From Mustelus asterias (taxonomy: Eukaryota): a DNA stretch of 64,000 bases. A program made the position numbers and the translations under genes. The notes beneath the pieces were generated by a model. It was given only the letters and a program-made list of their open reading frames with translations, did no database searches and was not told the DNA's origin. Location of the stretch: assembly GCF_964213995.1 (NCBI RefSeq), contig NC_135830.1:10912001-10976000 (forward strand), written 5' to 3'. Positions 1 to 11,579 of this stretch are shown piece by piece. Within the stretch, counting starts at the first letter, position 1. Every line of letters starts with the position of its first letter.

Positions 1-2020
1 CACCGACTGCCCTTTCGGAAGGGGGTTATCGATCTCAAGGACACTATTTCTATGAAAAGCTGTGGAATTGCTCTAGTCAGTAACTACCCAACAATAAACG
101 TCCTAAAACATGTTATTCATTAAAATGGTGTTGTTTGAAGGATAATGCGGGGGTCAACTTGGCTGCTGTGCCTTGTCCAGTCCATTAACACAGTGACAGT
201 GAACACACTGTGGCACATCAAGAAAGGCGTCATATAAATACTCAACTATCATTCAATCAACTTCCCAAATTGGTGTACTGAGTGACGCTGTGAGAGTTTT
301 TGTGGAGGTTCAGCGCAGCTCTATGCCTCTGTGGGATCAGTGCACAGTAATACACCCCGGAGTCTCTCAGTTTTGTTTTAGACACTTTCAGCGGGATAGT
401 GCTCTTCAACAAATCAAACTCGGCAGAGAATCGGTCCCCTGGAAATCTCTCTGTTTTTCAGCTGTATCTATTCCTCTGCAGCAGAAACTCCATGGGTCCG
501 CTGGAATACTGACGGTACCAAAATAGGTCGGGGTTGCTGGCTGTATCTGTAAAGTTACAGAACAACTGAACATCATCTCCTTCCAGCCGTTGTCTGTGTA
601 ACAGAGTCTCCTCCACAATGTCCTGTAAGAATCCAGAGGATCGTCAAATCAAACGCTGACAATCAATTACTTTTAACTCACAGAATCCGCTTTTTGCTCT
701 GAATCACAGCCCGATAAACAAATCAGCGCCACTAAAAGTGTAACATATTTCCCACAGCTCAGGGACTGTACCGAGAAGGAGTTTGAATGAGGTAATAAAC
801 TCTCACGAACGCACATTTGGCACCGTCTATCGGGATCAGTTCCCTGTCTGTGTTTTCTGCAATTTGAAGGGGAATCTAAAACAACTGTCCGTCGAATTTA
901 AACTCCAGTGTTCGTCACAAGGTGTGTGGAGGCAAAGTGGATAGGGTTCATTTACTGAGCTGCGATCAATCCATTGTTCTCGATGTGTTAATGCAATGTG
1001 TGGTAAAGATGTGAAACTTGTGAACTTACCGGTTAACTGTAGGGATTCTATGATTCTCTATTCTATGAATATTTCGGATTGTTACTTAAGTTGCCATCTG
1101 TATGTATCAATATGTTTATCCGGCTTGATGACCGTTTTCCAGTAGTTACGATGCAAGAGCGTCACCAGTATGATCAGAAACGTCTCTAACTGAATCCCCC
1201 TCAGTAAATCGGAATGGGACGAGTCAGAGATTAAGAAGGAGAGAGGGAACACGGGCTCTGTTCAGCTGATTGCAGTATGTGTGTGTGCGTGTGGGGGTGG
1301 GATGGGGGGGGGGGTGGTGAGGGGGGGGGGTGACTCTTCTGTGTCATCACAAGCCTACCATACATACAGATTTAATTTATGACGCTGGGGCTTGAATTTG
1401 GCACCGTCTATCGTTTTCAATGCACGTTCGGATTTTCCTGATGAGTTGATTCAAGGTTTACTATAACATATGCCAAGACAAAAATGCAGCTCAGATATCT
1501 AAATTGGAGCTCTTTAGATACTGACTTTGTTACTGTTGATAGGCATTTGGGAAAACGATGCGAAATCTGCGGAAATCATTGCTCGAGGTCTCTGTTCAAA
1601 TCCTGGAGACAACGAAGTCGAGAGAACACCAAGTCGTCGGAGAAATTGGGGGAGTTATAAATCAGAATAGCGCCAGGGATTAACAGACTAATTTGGTTTA
1701 TTTTGCTTAGAAAGCGACCGAATTGATTTGTTTAGAATGTTCCCCTTTTCAGGGAGCAAAATGTCGTGTTATCGATATATTGCAAATTCACCGCTTCTTC
1801 TGTCTGAACTGCTGAGCACAGCGGCTGGGCGATAGCATATCTGGGAAAGGATTCTATTTGTCTGTGGGAGATGGACTCATAACAAAAAAGATTCTTCACC
1901 CAGGTGCAGTCTAAAATTTGAATAAAGGGTATAAACAAAATCGTAGCAGAATTCAAGATCGGAAATTGCTGAACAAGAACTTGAGTCCCGAAGACTCACA
2001 AGTGGGAGCAAGCTGCACTT

Positions 2021-2054
2021 TGTAGTTCCATTTCACCCCCACCAGAGGGCAGTG
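2021..2054 (+). promoter_or_regulatory. Candidate CTCF binding site
   Basis: CCACCAGAGGGCAG at 2039-2052 fits the CTCF core consensus. TGTAGTTCC just upstream resembles the CTCF upstream motif. Confidence 0.45.
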
Positions 2055-3417
2055 AAATACCGTGTTGGGTTCAGCGTCGGGGCGAAGTCCAGACTCACAA
2101 CCGTGGCCAGTAACCACATTGAGGAAATGTAACTAAAAGAATAAATATCGAAACAGAAATATCATATTAACATCGATTGCAAACTTATATTGCTTCAAAG
2201 ATATATATTATTATGGTTGCCAAAGTTGTGAATTTTTAGAAACTCTTTGGGAACAGGAATCACAGAAGATTCCTGTTCCCAAAGAGTGGACTGTCTGACT
2301 GAGCAGAGACAGTAAAGGGGTCTTTCCCTTCTGAATGATACTGGAACATTGAATTTGACGTTAGCAGTGAAATTAACTGATGGGAGATATTGAAAGTATT
2401 CTCGTTACAGCGCATCAGGAATTCAAACCTAATATCAGCTTCGGGACAGTCCGAATGTTTGTTTACAGACAAGTCACCGAAAGGCTTGAAGGGAGACAGC
2501 ACCTATTATAGGAGAGCTGGTTCCCGGTGACATGCATGTGTCTGCAATGGGTGTTCTGCGACGATTAGCCTTAAATTGTGTCTGCTTCGAACCCAGTAGA
2601 AATCCATTCAATTATTCCATTCTAACATCCCCAGTAATTATTCTCTCTTCCTCATTCTACAGCGAATGAGACAGGGGAGAGCAGCAATATTCCAGCAGCC
2701 CCCGCCCCCCGGTACTGTCCAAATACCCCCTGCCAGCAGAAAGCACTGGCGATTTTGCTGTGTGTGTTTTCTCAGAAAAGGTGAAGATAAAAATATTCAA
2801 TATTTTGATTGATACCCAGTTCCGTTCGCATTCAACAATAAAATTGAATTCGGAAAAATCAGAACACTGAGTTTTAATAATGTTGATACCCCGTTGACCA
2901 ACTGGGACCTCTGCAAATATAAACTGAATGTGGTAACATTCAGTACACAAAGTCCTCTCAGGAGAAAAACGAATGGTCTAGAAGGGCAAACCGTGCAGTC
3001 TGATTGAACTTCAGAACCTGTGTTGTGGAAGTCCAATTCGGCTGAAACCCTTATTGATGCGGCAGAGAAATTGATCTAACATTTGAATCATAAATTTAAA
3101 TTTGTGCCAATTCTTGTCTCTGTCGACATAACTGAACATTTTGCAGAATAGCATCTAATACTTGGGTAAGAGTAAATGTGAGATAATGTTTTCTGTCAAT
3201 GCTTAAGAACAAACGGATGGGGCTGAGGTATCTTTTCCTGACACTGAGAGATGGGTAAGTTTGAAGACTGTTGTTGTCCTATTTCAAACAGGGAACCTTT
3301 CGCACGTTAGGTGAAAGTATTAAACACCACACTTCAGAAACAGATAAAACATGGATCTGAAGTACAATCAGACTGCACGGTTCGACATCCCAGCTGGTCC
3401 CAGGATTATACAACATC

Positions 3418-3482
3418 GCATTTGTAGTGTAGTGACCGTCACATTCACATACACACGAAAGGTTCGCGTTTCGAAAACGTTT
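3418..3482 (+). pseudogene. tRNA-Val remnant
   Basis: TTTGTAGTGTAGTGACCGTCACATTCACATACACACGAAAGGTTCGCGTTTCGAAA is a degenerate match to vertebrate tRNA-Val. Confidence 0.5.
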
Positions 3483-3842
3483 TTTTAACCCCAGAGCGAG
3501 GAAAAGAGCAATAATTCACGTTTACTGTTGAATATCAACAGAATACTGTGTCTTACACTGTGTTACATTGAGCCTTCCCCTTCACAGTGCACATTCAAAC
3601 CCGACAGAATATCATTCACTGACTCCGTTTCGAGCTCTGACGGTTCAGAAAGCTTCCCTCAAACCTGCACATTCCGGCTGATTGCTGTTGATTTGTCTCA
3701 GATTATTAAAGGCTCGTGCAGCACCACCTCCGTTAATAACAGTGGCTCGAAGACAGTGGCGGATTAACCATTAGGCTGAGTAGGCTTAAGCCTCGGGGCC
3801 CGGAAGGGAGGGGGGCCCGAGAGCAAAACAAAATTGGTTTAA

Positions 3843-4561
3843 CCCTTTTAAGGGTGAATAAAGTTTCATAACTGTACCCCGTGGGTGAATTAATATTACA
3901 AATACCTATTAATAGAGGATCTTCACCCCGGACTTGTACTACATGCAAATAAATACAAAATAAATGCAACAAAGAGTTTACTTTTATGCTATAACATGTA
4001 TACATACTTATTTTAGTGCATATTTAGTTACATATAGTACTTTTTTCAACATTCACCCTAACATAGTATTAGCCCCACACCACAGCACGATGACTGTCAC
4101 CACTGCCTCCAGTGCTATCAACGTATCATCAAATTCACGATAATCATCTGATAATTCACCAACATCAACATCAAAATCCTCGGCATCTAAATCACTCCCA
4201 CTCTCATCACTGCATAATCCAACATCAAAACTGTTGTTGAGCGCATTTACCGCCTGTGAAAACGTCAAAACAGACTTTGTTTGCGCGCCGCCATTGTTGT
4301 TTACAACGCGACAAATGACTCGCTGTCACCACTCACCAGACAAAGAGTCCTAATTCATTATCATAATGCATTCATAACACGTGTATGACATCATCATGAA
4401 GCTGAAGAAAGAAGGCATCTGATTGGAACAAGAGCTGTTCGTTAATCATGTTTGACCAATCACTGCAGACATGACAAAGTCAGCCTACCGAGAAACGACA
4501 TTTATGTCGCCTTACACTGAATACGATGGACGACATTCATGTCGCTCTACCCTTCAAAGGT
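3843..4561 (-). mobile_element. piggyBac-type internal-deletion derivative nested in the hAT element
   Basis: TTAA on both sides (3839-3842, 4562-4565). Ends CCCTTTTAAGGGTGA and revcomp ACCTTTGAAGGGTAG. Paired subterminal palindromes CGACATTYATGTCG. Minus-strand acidic peptide (ORF 4053-4268) resembles a piggyBac transposase N-terminus. Confidence 0.7.
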
Positions 4562-4847
4562 TTAATTGAGTGTACTCGTGAGTATTTTGGATGATATTCC
4601 AGTACTTTTGCATATACTTTTTTTCATACCTGGAATATTACAAATACTATTTCGTTTTCTAAATTAGGCTCCAAACATATAAACATTTAGAAGTAATGCT
4701 TTTAGGACATCGTACTGCAGCCGCGAGTTTGTGTTTACAATGACGAAGTTATTACATCACGAGTTGGCGTTAGCAATGAAAATGTGGACCTAAAGCTCTC
4801 TGTTCATACGAGTATTTTGTATTGTTGACAGTTTTTTCCCCTGCAAA

Positions 4848-7305
4848 ATGGCTACTGTTGAATACAAACATAAAAGCAGAGCACAAAAAAGGAAAGAGAC
4901 AAAGAGAGTACAAGAAAGTCTACGAAGGAATACATGCAAGCTTGACAAGTTTTTAAGCCAGCAAATGAAGCAGTACTTGATGATGTGGACGGTGATGTGG
5001 ACGATGGAAAAGTAGGCGAAGATTCGCAACGTGAAGTTCATTCCGGATCCGATGATGAAGAAATCGCAGACAAGTCGTCGAAGTCGATGGAGAGTGATTT
5101 GGGCACGTGACCTGCCGCCTGACAAAATTACAGAAGACATCACCTATACTGGTTAAAGACTGGGAGCGAAGCCTGTTGGAACATGAATGCCAGTGTTGTG
5201 AAATCTATCAAATATGACGCTAAACAGAAACGTTACTTTAGTAAATCCATGTTTTACTGCTCCTTTACAAATGGCGAGAAAATCAGGAGAAGGTGGCTGT
5301 GCTATTCTCCAAGCACAGGTAAGGCATTCTGTTTTAACTGCAAACTGTTTTCAAGTGAAGACCATGCTTTTTCGAAGCATGGCTTCACTGACTGGAAAAA
5401 TGCAAGTCAAAGATTAGAAAGTCATGAAAACAGCCAAGTCCATTGGGATGCGACCATTACCCTCACTACAAGGTCTCGAGGTATTGAATGTGTAAACAGC
5501 TTGATTACTCCACAATACCAGTCAGAACGTGATTACATGAAAGCACTTCTGGAAAGGGTTGTTGCTACAATTAAATTTCTTGCTGAGCGGGGATTAGCCT
5601 TTAGGGGACACAACGAGTGCAGTGGATCACCAAACAATGGCAGTTTTCTAGGGACACTAGAATTGTTAGCGCAATTCGATCCTTTTTTTGGCAACTCATA
5701 TTGAAATGAATGAAATAAGGGTAAAGGCTCTGTTTCCTACTTTTCATCCACAGTATGCGATGAGCTGATTTAAATACTTGGACAAAAGGTGTCAGAGAAA
5801 ATTATTTCGGAACGCAAAGAAGCCAAATATTTTTCAATATCTGTGGATTCATCCCCTGATATTTCACACGCAGATCGGCTGTCTTGCATTTTTCGATATG
5901 TGCGTGAGAGTGGTCCAATTGAAAGATTCGTCAAATTTCTGAATTGCAGAGGTCACAGTGGTGAACAACTTGCCGAGAGTATTCTGATGTTTTTAGAAAC
6001 AGAAAAAATAGACTTAGAGAACTGCAGAGGTCAATCGTGCGACAACGCCTGCAACACGAGTGGCAAGTGTACTGGTCTTCAAGCTAAAATACAGGAGAGA
6101 AATATAGTAGCTGACTATATTCCTTGCTTTGCTCACTCGTTGAACCTTGTCGGTCATTCAGCAGTGGATTGTGTTCCGAAAGCTACTGCTTTTTTTGATT
6201 TTGTTGAACAGTTGTACAATTTCTTCAGTGCTTCAACCCACCGGTGGGAAATACTTGTGGGTGAGCTTGGAAAGAATCTTGCAGTTGTGAAGAGACTTAG
6301 TGATACTCGGTGGTCTGCTCACGCAAGTGCTACGGCCGCCCTCGATCAGGGATACGAGAAAGTGAAATCACCACTGCAAAGCATTGCTGACAATCCAGAT
6401 GAAAAGTCAAACACGCGACAAGAAGCGAGAGGTCTTGTGAGCAAGATGGAACCTCTGGAGTATGGAATACTTCTCAGCGTTTGGGCAACAATTTTGAAGC
6501 GATTCCACAAAACTAGCTTGAATTTACAAAACCCAGAAATATATCTTAACGAAGGCGTGAGATTTTGCAGTCTTTGGAGGCCTATATCTCAGACCTCCGG
6601 ATCAATGACTCATTTGAGAACTTTGAGCAAGAAGGCATTGCAAAGACTGCGACATCAGTTTACAAAGAAGAAACGCAAAGGAAACGATAAGTTAGTACCA
6701 GGATAACAAGATATGACTGCAAAGCACAGGCAGCAGATTTTTCACCTCGCCAGAGTTTCAAAATTAATGTGTACTTACCGATCTTAGACAAATTATCAGC
6801 AGAGCTTAAAAAACGCACTGAAGCATATAGATCTGTGTCCAACCGATTTGGATTTCTTTCTCGTATTTGCAATATTGATGTCGACGCACTTAAAAATGCA
6901 GCGAATTCCCTCATACAAGTTTATCCAGACGACTTTGACTTGGCCTTTGTGGAAGAGCACGTCCACTTTCAGAAGTACATTCAAAGACAATCCGATGATG
7001 ATGTCACTGTCACTGGGATGTATCGAGCTCTGGCAAGAGATCGGCTGCACGAGGTGTTTCCAAATACATACATTTGCTTTAGAATTTATCTGTCTTTAAT
7101 GATCACTAACTGTTCAGGTGAGCGTTCATTTTCGGCACTGAAGAGGATCAAAATCTATTTGCGCTCAACAATGAGCGATGAGAAACTTAGTCATCTGGCA
7201 CTCATGCACATTGAATCAGACATGCTTCGATCTGTTGATTTACATGCTGTTATCGACACTTTTGTAAACCAAAAAACATGGAAGTTTTTTAAAGTACAAA
7301 TGTAA
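4848..7305 (+). pseudogene. hAT transposase pseudogene (TTF-type zinc finger, DUF4371-like, DDE core, hATC dimerisation domain)
   Basis: Starts MATVEYKHKSRAQKRK at 4848. ORF 5183-5704 has WLCYS..AFCFNC..GFTDWK..LAFRGH, ORF 5789-6706 has FSISVDSSPD..PCFAHSLNL..TRWSA, and ORF 6769-7305 has ITNCSGERSFSALKRIK. Several stops and frameshifts. Confidence 0.9.
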
Positions 7306-7844
7306 AGAAAATGAAAAATAAATGAATAAAAGGGCTGTAATTGATTCATACAATTTTATGATATTACACATGTAGTACATTATACATAGTACAACGATAT
7401 AAGTTATCTGACGTCATTTAACGTCACTTTATTCCATTCAACGAAGGTGGGACAGGGGGCAGGGGGCAAGGTCAGGGGGCCGTACTAAAGCTCAGCGTAG
7501 GGGTCCGGGTGGTAGTTAATCCGTCACTGCTCGAACCCACATTTCAGACGGGGAAACTATTCTCCAGCTTCACAGTGAGTGAGATAGGGACACGCATCAA
7601 GATTTTACCCCGCACTCTCCAATCACCCGCTAACAGCAGAAAGCAGCGACTGCAGATGCACCTGTACGTTGTTTTAAACTCAGAGTGAGGATCAATAATT
7701 TACTGTTGAAAATTAACCGAATACAGTATTTTACATTTCCCCATCCCTCTATAGACTCCCGTTTCCAACTCTGACGGTTCAGAAAGCTTCTCTCAAACCT
7801 GCATGTTCAGACTCTTTCTTTCGTTCGTTCGTGGAACATAAGCG

Positions 7845-8085
7845 TCGCCGACCAGTATTTATTTGCCCGTCCCAAGTTGAGATGCAAACACTTTGCTGTG
7901 GTTCTGGAGTCACGTATCAGCCAGACCAACGAAGAACAGCAGATTTCCTTCCCTCACGGACATCAGAGAATCATCGGTCAATGGACACTGGTTGCATGCT
8001 CACTTCCAATCGCCTTTATTGTATTCAAATTCCACCAGCTGCAGTGGCGGTCCCCCAGAATCTTCGCTGGACGAGCGATGATACC
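7845..8085 (-). mobile_element. Deu-domain SINE fragment (SacSINE1-like)
   Basis: GGAGTCACGTATCAGCCAGACC..GCAGATTTCCTTCCCT is the reverse of the Deu-domain core. Related copies at 48110 and 51415. Confidence 0.55.
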
Positions 8086-8113
8086 GCGTGGCCAACTTCT
8101 CACCTAAAACACT

Positions 8114-8208
8114 TGCCTCGGGTGAGGTTCGAACTCACAACCTCGGCATCGCCCGCTGGCTGTACTGCTGTATAAATACCACACGCTAACCGATTGCGCC
8201 ACTGGAGC
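8114..8208 (-). tRNA. tRNA-Ile(TAT) with 21-nt intron (8150-8170), probably a pseudogene
   Basis: Revcomp GCTCCAGTGGCGCAATCGGTTAGCGTGTGGTATTTATA-cagcagtacagccagcgggcg-ATGCCGAGGTTGTGAGTTCGAACCTCACCCGAGGCA. Two acceptor-stem mismatches. Confidence 0.85.
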
Positions 8209-8281
8209 AGCACCTTTTTTTGTTTTGCGTCATATTATTAATGGCTCCACCAGCGACACCTCCGTTCACAGCCACACAAAA

Positions 8282-8622
8282 GGGCGGCACGGTAGCACAG
8301 TGGTTAACACTGCTGCTTCATAGCTCCAGCGACCTGGGTTCGATTCCCGGCTTGGGTCACTGTCTGTGTGGAGTTTGCACATCCTTCTCGTGTCTGCGTG
8401 GGTTTCCTCCGGGTGCTCCTGTTTCCTCCCACTGTCAAAAGATGTGCGGGTTAGGCTGATTGGCCGTGCTAAAATTGCCCCTTCGTGTCGTGGGATGCGT
8501 AGATTACAGGGGTTAGCGGGTAAAATATATGGGGGTAGGGCCTGGGTGGGATTGAGGTCGGTGCAGACTCGATGGGCCGAATGGCCTCTTTCTGTACAGT
8601 AAGGTTTCTATGATTTTTTATG
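8282..8622 (+). mobile_element. HE1-type V-SINE, full length
   Basis: tRNA-derived head GGGCGGCACGGTAGCACAGTGG, V-domain GTGTGGAGTTTGCAC..GGGTTTCCTCCGGGTGCTCC, and LINE-like tail GGGCCGAATGGCCT..TTCTATGAT. Confidence 0.9.
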
Positions 8623-9495
8623 AAAAGCACATTTCAGTCGGCGAAACAACCCCATCAATGATTCTCTCTTCCACATATCCACAGTGAGTGAGACAAGGAC
8701 ACGCAGCAGGATTTCACACCGCACTCTCCATTCACCCATTCGCTGCCGCAGACGGCGACGACTGCAGCTTCAACCTGTGGGTTACTGCACATCTCTGGGA
8801 CAAAATATCTGAGTTGGTTCAAACCTCCCAATACACCAAGCACAGGTTCAGGAAAACAAAGGCAGCTTAAACCCCGCCCACTGAACCTTCGAGCGGCATT
8901 TACACAATACACGAGTGAGCCACAAACAATATTCAGACCAACTTTCCAAAACTTTTCAGTGATAAATTCCTCCATTTGAGTGAAAAGCTGAGTGTTGTGA
9001 ATCTGGAAATCAGCACCAAGGGATTTGTGTTACCCAGTGACTTGTTTCCCACTGTTTGTCCGTCAGGTTTGCAATTCCATTTGTGTTGTATATTGAAGCG
9101 AATCTCATTTCAAAATGAGGGGAAAAAAACAGTAAATATTTAATCTTGGAACAAATTCTGACGGAAATGGATCACAATATTTGGATGGGGGTGCAGCTGT
9201 GAATGGTGTTATTGATGTTTGAATGGAAAGTATTGGTTCCTTGGGCTTCTGGTGGCCAGTTCCCTTCTCTCCCGTTGAATTCTTGTAATAAGAGACATGG
9301 ATTCATTTTACCTGCATGTCCATAGGAGAAAGGGAATAACCGCTACATCACAGCAATACTACGGGATCAAAATAACCAAAGAGACTTATATAGGATTGTA
9401 AACGGTCGTGCTGTAGTTCTGGAACAGGTTCAGTAGAAATATAATTGAAGTCATTGACACCCTGGTTTAGAATATCGTGCAAAGTTGCTGTCTCA

Positions 9496-9569
9496 GTCTC
9501 TGTGGTGCAATTCGTCAGCGCGTTCGGATGTTAACCGAAAGGTTTGTGGTTCGAGACCACACAGGGACG
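9496..9569 (+). tRNA. tRNA-Asn(GTT), diverged, probable pseudogene
   Basis: GTCTCTGTGGTGCAATTCGTCAGCGCGTTCGGATGTTAACCGAAAGGTTTGTGGTTCGAGACCACACAGGGACG, with D-loop and anticodon-loop changes. Confidence 0.75.
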
Positions 9570-10043
9570 GAGCTCTTAGTGTTTTCTCACATCAGCATTC
9601 AAACGCAAACAGTTGGCAATGGATCCGTGGACGTTCATAAAAATTATCTCTGAAGTGTTACCCGCTGTGGTGTTGCCAACGTTATTTAATGACTATTGAT
9701 TTCAAATATATAACATATACATGCATCCATTATACTGTTAAGTTTAACAATTAGAATAGAAGCAGTAATTTGTGGCTGAGCATTTGTTCCAATTCCATAT
9801 TCCTGTTCCCAGTCATTGTTGGATAGATCAGAAATCTGCCGAACCCAGACTGAAATGTGTTCAATGATGGAACATCTACAAGCCTCTGGCGTAGAGAATT
9901 CCGAAGATTCGCTCTCGTTTGAGTGATTCAATTTCTCCTCACCTCAGACCTAAATCATCAGCGCCTTATCGTGAGATTGTATCCCGTGTTTTAGATTCCC
10001 GGACCAAGGAGAATATTATCTCAGCATCCACCCTTCAAACTCG

Positions 10044-10315
10044 TAGAATCAGAGAATCCCTGCAGTACACCAAGCCTATGCCAATAACAATCCCAACAAC
10101 ACTATATCCCCGTCAAACCGCACATTCACCTTGCTCGTCCCTCTGATACTGAGAGGCAATTTAGCATGGCCAATCCACCGAACCCACACATCTTTGGACC
10201 GTGGGAGGAAAGCGGAGCCAGAAGTAAATGCACACAGACAAGGGGAAAACGTGCAAACTTCACACAAACAGTCACACGAGACCGGAATTGAACACGGGTC
10301 CCTGACGTTGAGGGA
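10044..10315 (-). mobile_element. HE1-type SINE, older copy
   Basis: Reverse V-domain (GGCAATTTAGCATGGCCAATCCACC..GTGCAAACTTCACAC). Confidence 0.8.
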
Positions 10316-10384
10316 TACACCCTCATCCCAGAGAAGAATCTAGTGAAGCTTCGCTGTACCGACTCCGATAAATGTTTAGCCTAC

Positions 10385-10520
10385 ACTGACGAAGTGTCAT
10401 CGTCATTCAAAACGTTGACGTTATCCTCTCTCCACAGATGCTGGCAAACCTGTTGTTATTTTGCGGCATTTGCTGTTTTTGATTTAGTTTCCAGCATCCT
10501 CATTATTTTTGCTTTCATTC
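10385..10520 (+). mobile_element. Penelope-derived short repeat with degenerate hammerhead motif
   Basis: CTGACGAAGTGTCATCGTCATTCAAAACGTT followed by CTCTCCACAGATGCTG..TTCCAGCATC. Same family as 11340, 20150, 26234, 46620 and 55330. Confidence 0.55.
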
Positions 10521-11262
10521 TGTCTGAAATGTGGAGACCCAAACTGCACACACTATTCCAAATGTGGTCTCAACAAAACCCTGAACAACGGTAGCAAGAC
10601 TTCAAACACTTCAAAACTTAACTCCGTGCTGAAAGCTGGAAGTAGAGGGTGACAGTGGATAATTGGCACTATGTGCATTCCTGTAATCAGTAACTGGGAG
10701 GATCAGGAAGATGATATATCTGTGTCTCTTTATACTGTCATTTCTAAACACCATCTCCTCTCAATGCTGTGTGTCTTACACTCCCTGCCCCTGCTTTCCA
10801 GGTAAAACTCGTTGTCACCAACTGTCTGTGTCTGTATCAAGCAGCTAATTGACCCTGAGAGCTGGACGGCTAGAGGGAGCTGGATGAGAAGCAGCGACAG
10901 AAACAGGAAGAGAAGCGACATGATAGTGTTTAGCAAATGACTTGTGTCAGTTGCTCTCCGTGATTAATGCCTGCCGTGTGTTACCTTGCAAGTTTCACAG
11001 AAGCCACAGTGATGAGGTTGGTGGCTTTTGGAAATTGAAAGTGCCACATGAGCAGCGTGCGGGACTATTTCACCTCACTGTCGATTTCATGTTCCAGCGA
11101 ACAGGAATCGCTCTGCTCATTGGCTGATGCACTCACTTGTGTTCGATCTAAACATGACAATTTCAAGGAGAAACTTGTTTTGGGTGAATAAAAAGTCTGA
11201 AATAAAAATAGAAGACAGATGGTTCATGGATAAATTAATGTTTTAAGGAACATGCATCAACC

Positions 11263-11328
11263 TCCCTGATGGTCCAGTCGTTAAGATTCGGCCCTTTCAC
11301 CACCGTGGCCCGGTTTCGATTCCCGGTC
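11263..11328 (+). pseudogene. tRNA-Glu(TTC) pseudogene, 3'-truncated
   Basis: TCCCTGATGGTCCAGTCGTTAAGATTCGGCCCTTTCACCACCGTGGCCCGGTTTCGATTCCCGGTC. Confidence 0.75.
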
Positions 11329-11506
11329 CTGCGTTAAGGCTTTAACAAAGGGTCATCTAAACTCGAAACGTTAGCTCTTTTCTCTCCTCACAGATGCTGC
11401 CAGACCCATTGAGATTTTCCCTTTTGATTAAAGTGAGCAACTGATTGGCTTGGCGGAGAGTTTAGTTGCTCCACCAGTAAACCGGAACTGCTTCAAATGC
11501 GCACAT

Positions 11507-11579
11507 GGCTATGTCGTGTAGTGGTTCTCACGTTCGTTTCACACGCAGAAAATCCCCAGTTCAAGATCGGGCCGAAACA
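11507..11579 (+). pseudogene. tRNA-Val(CAC) pseudogene
   Basis: GTGTAGTGGTTCTCACGTTCGTTTCACACGCAGAAAATCCCCAGTTCAAGATCGGGCCGAAACA. Confidence 0.7.

Larger units (their letters stand above)
3754..7529 (+). mobile_element. hAT DNA transposon (Tip100/Zaphod-like), full length but decayed
   Basis: TIRs CAGTGGCGGATTAACCA (3754) and TAGTTAATCCGTCACTG (ends 7529) match at 15/17. The 8-bp flanks CTCGAAGA and CTCGAACC fit a decayed TSD. Internal transposase remnants are present. Confidence 0.9.

Noticed and set aside
4790-5143. Hydrophobic 117-aa minus-strand ORF
   Set aside because: It is the antisense shadow of the purine-rich hAT transposase 5' region.
8282-8355. tRNA-like A/B boxes as a tRNA gene (also 59423)
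   Set aside because: These are the tRNA-derived heads of HE1 SINEs.
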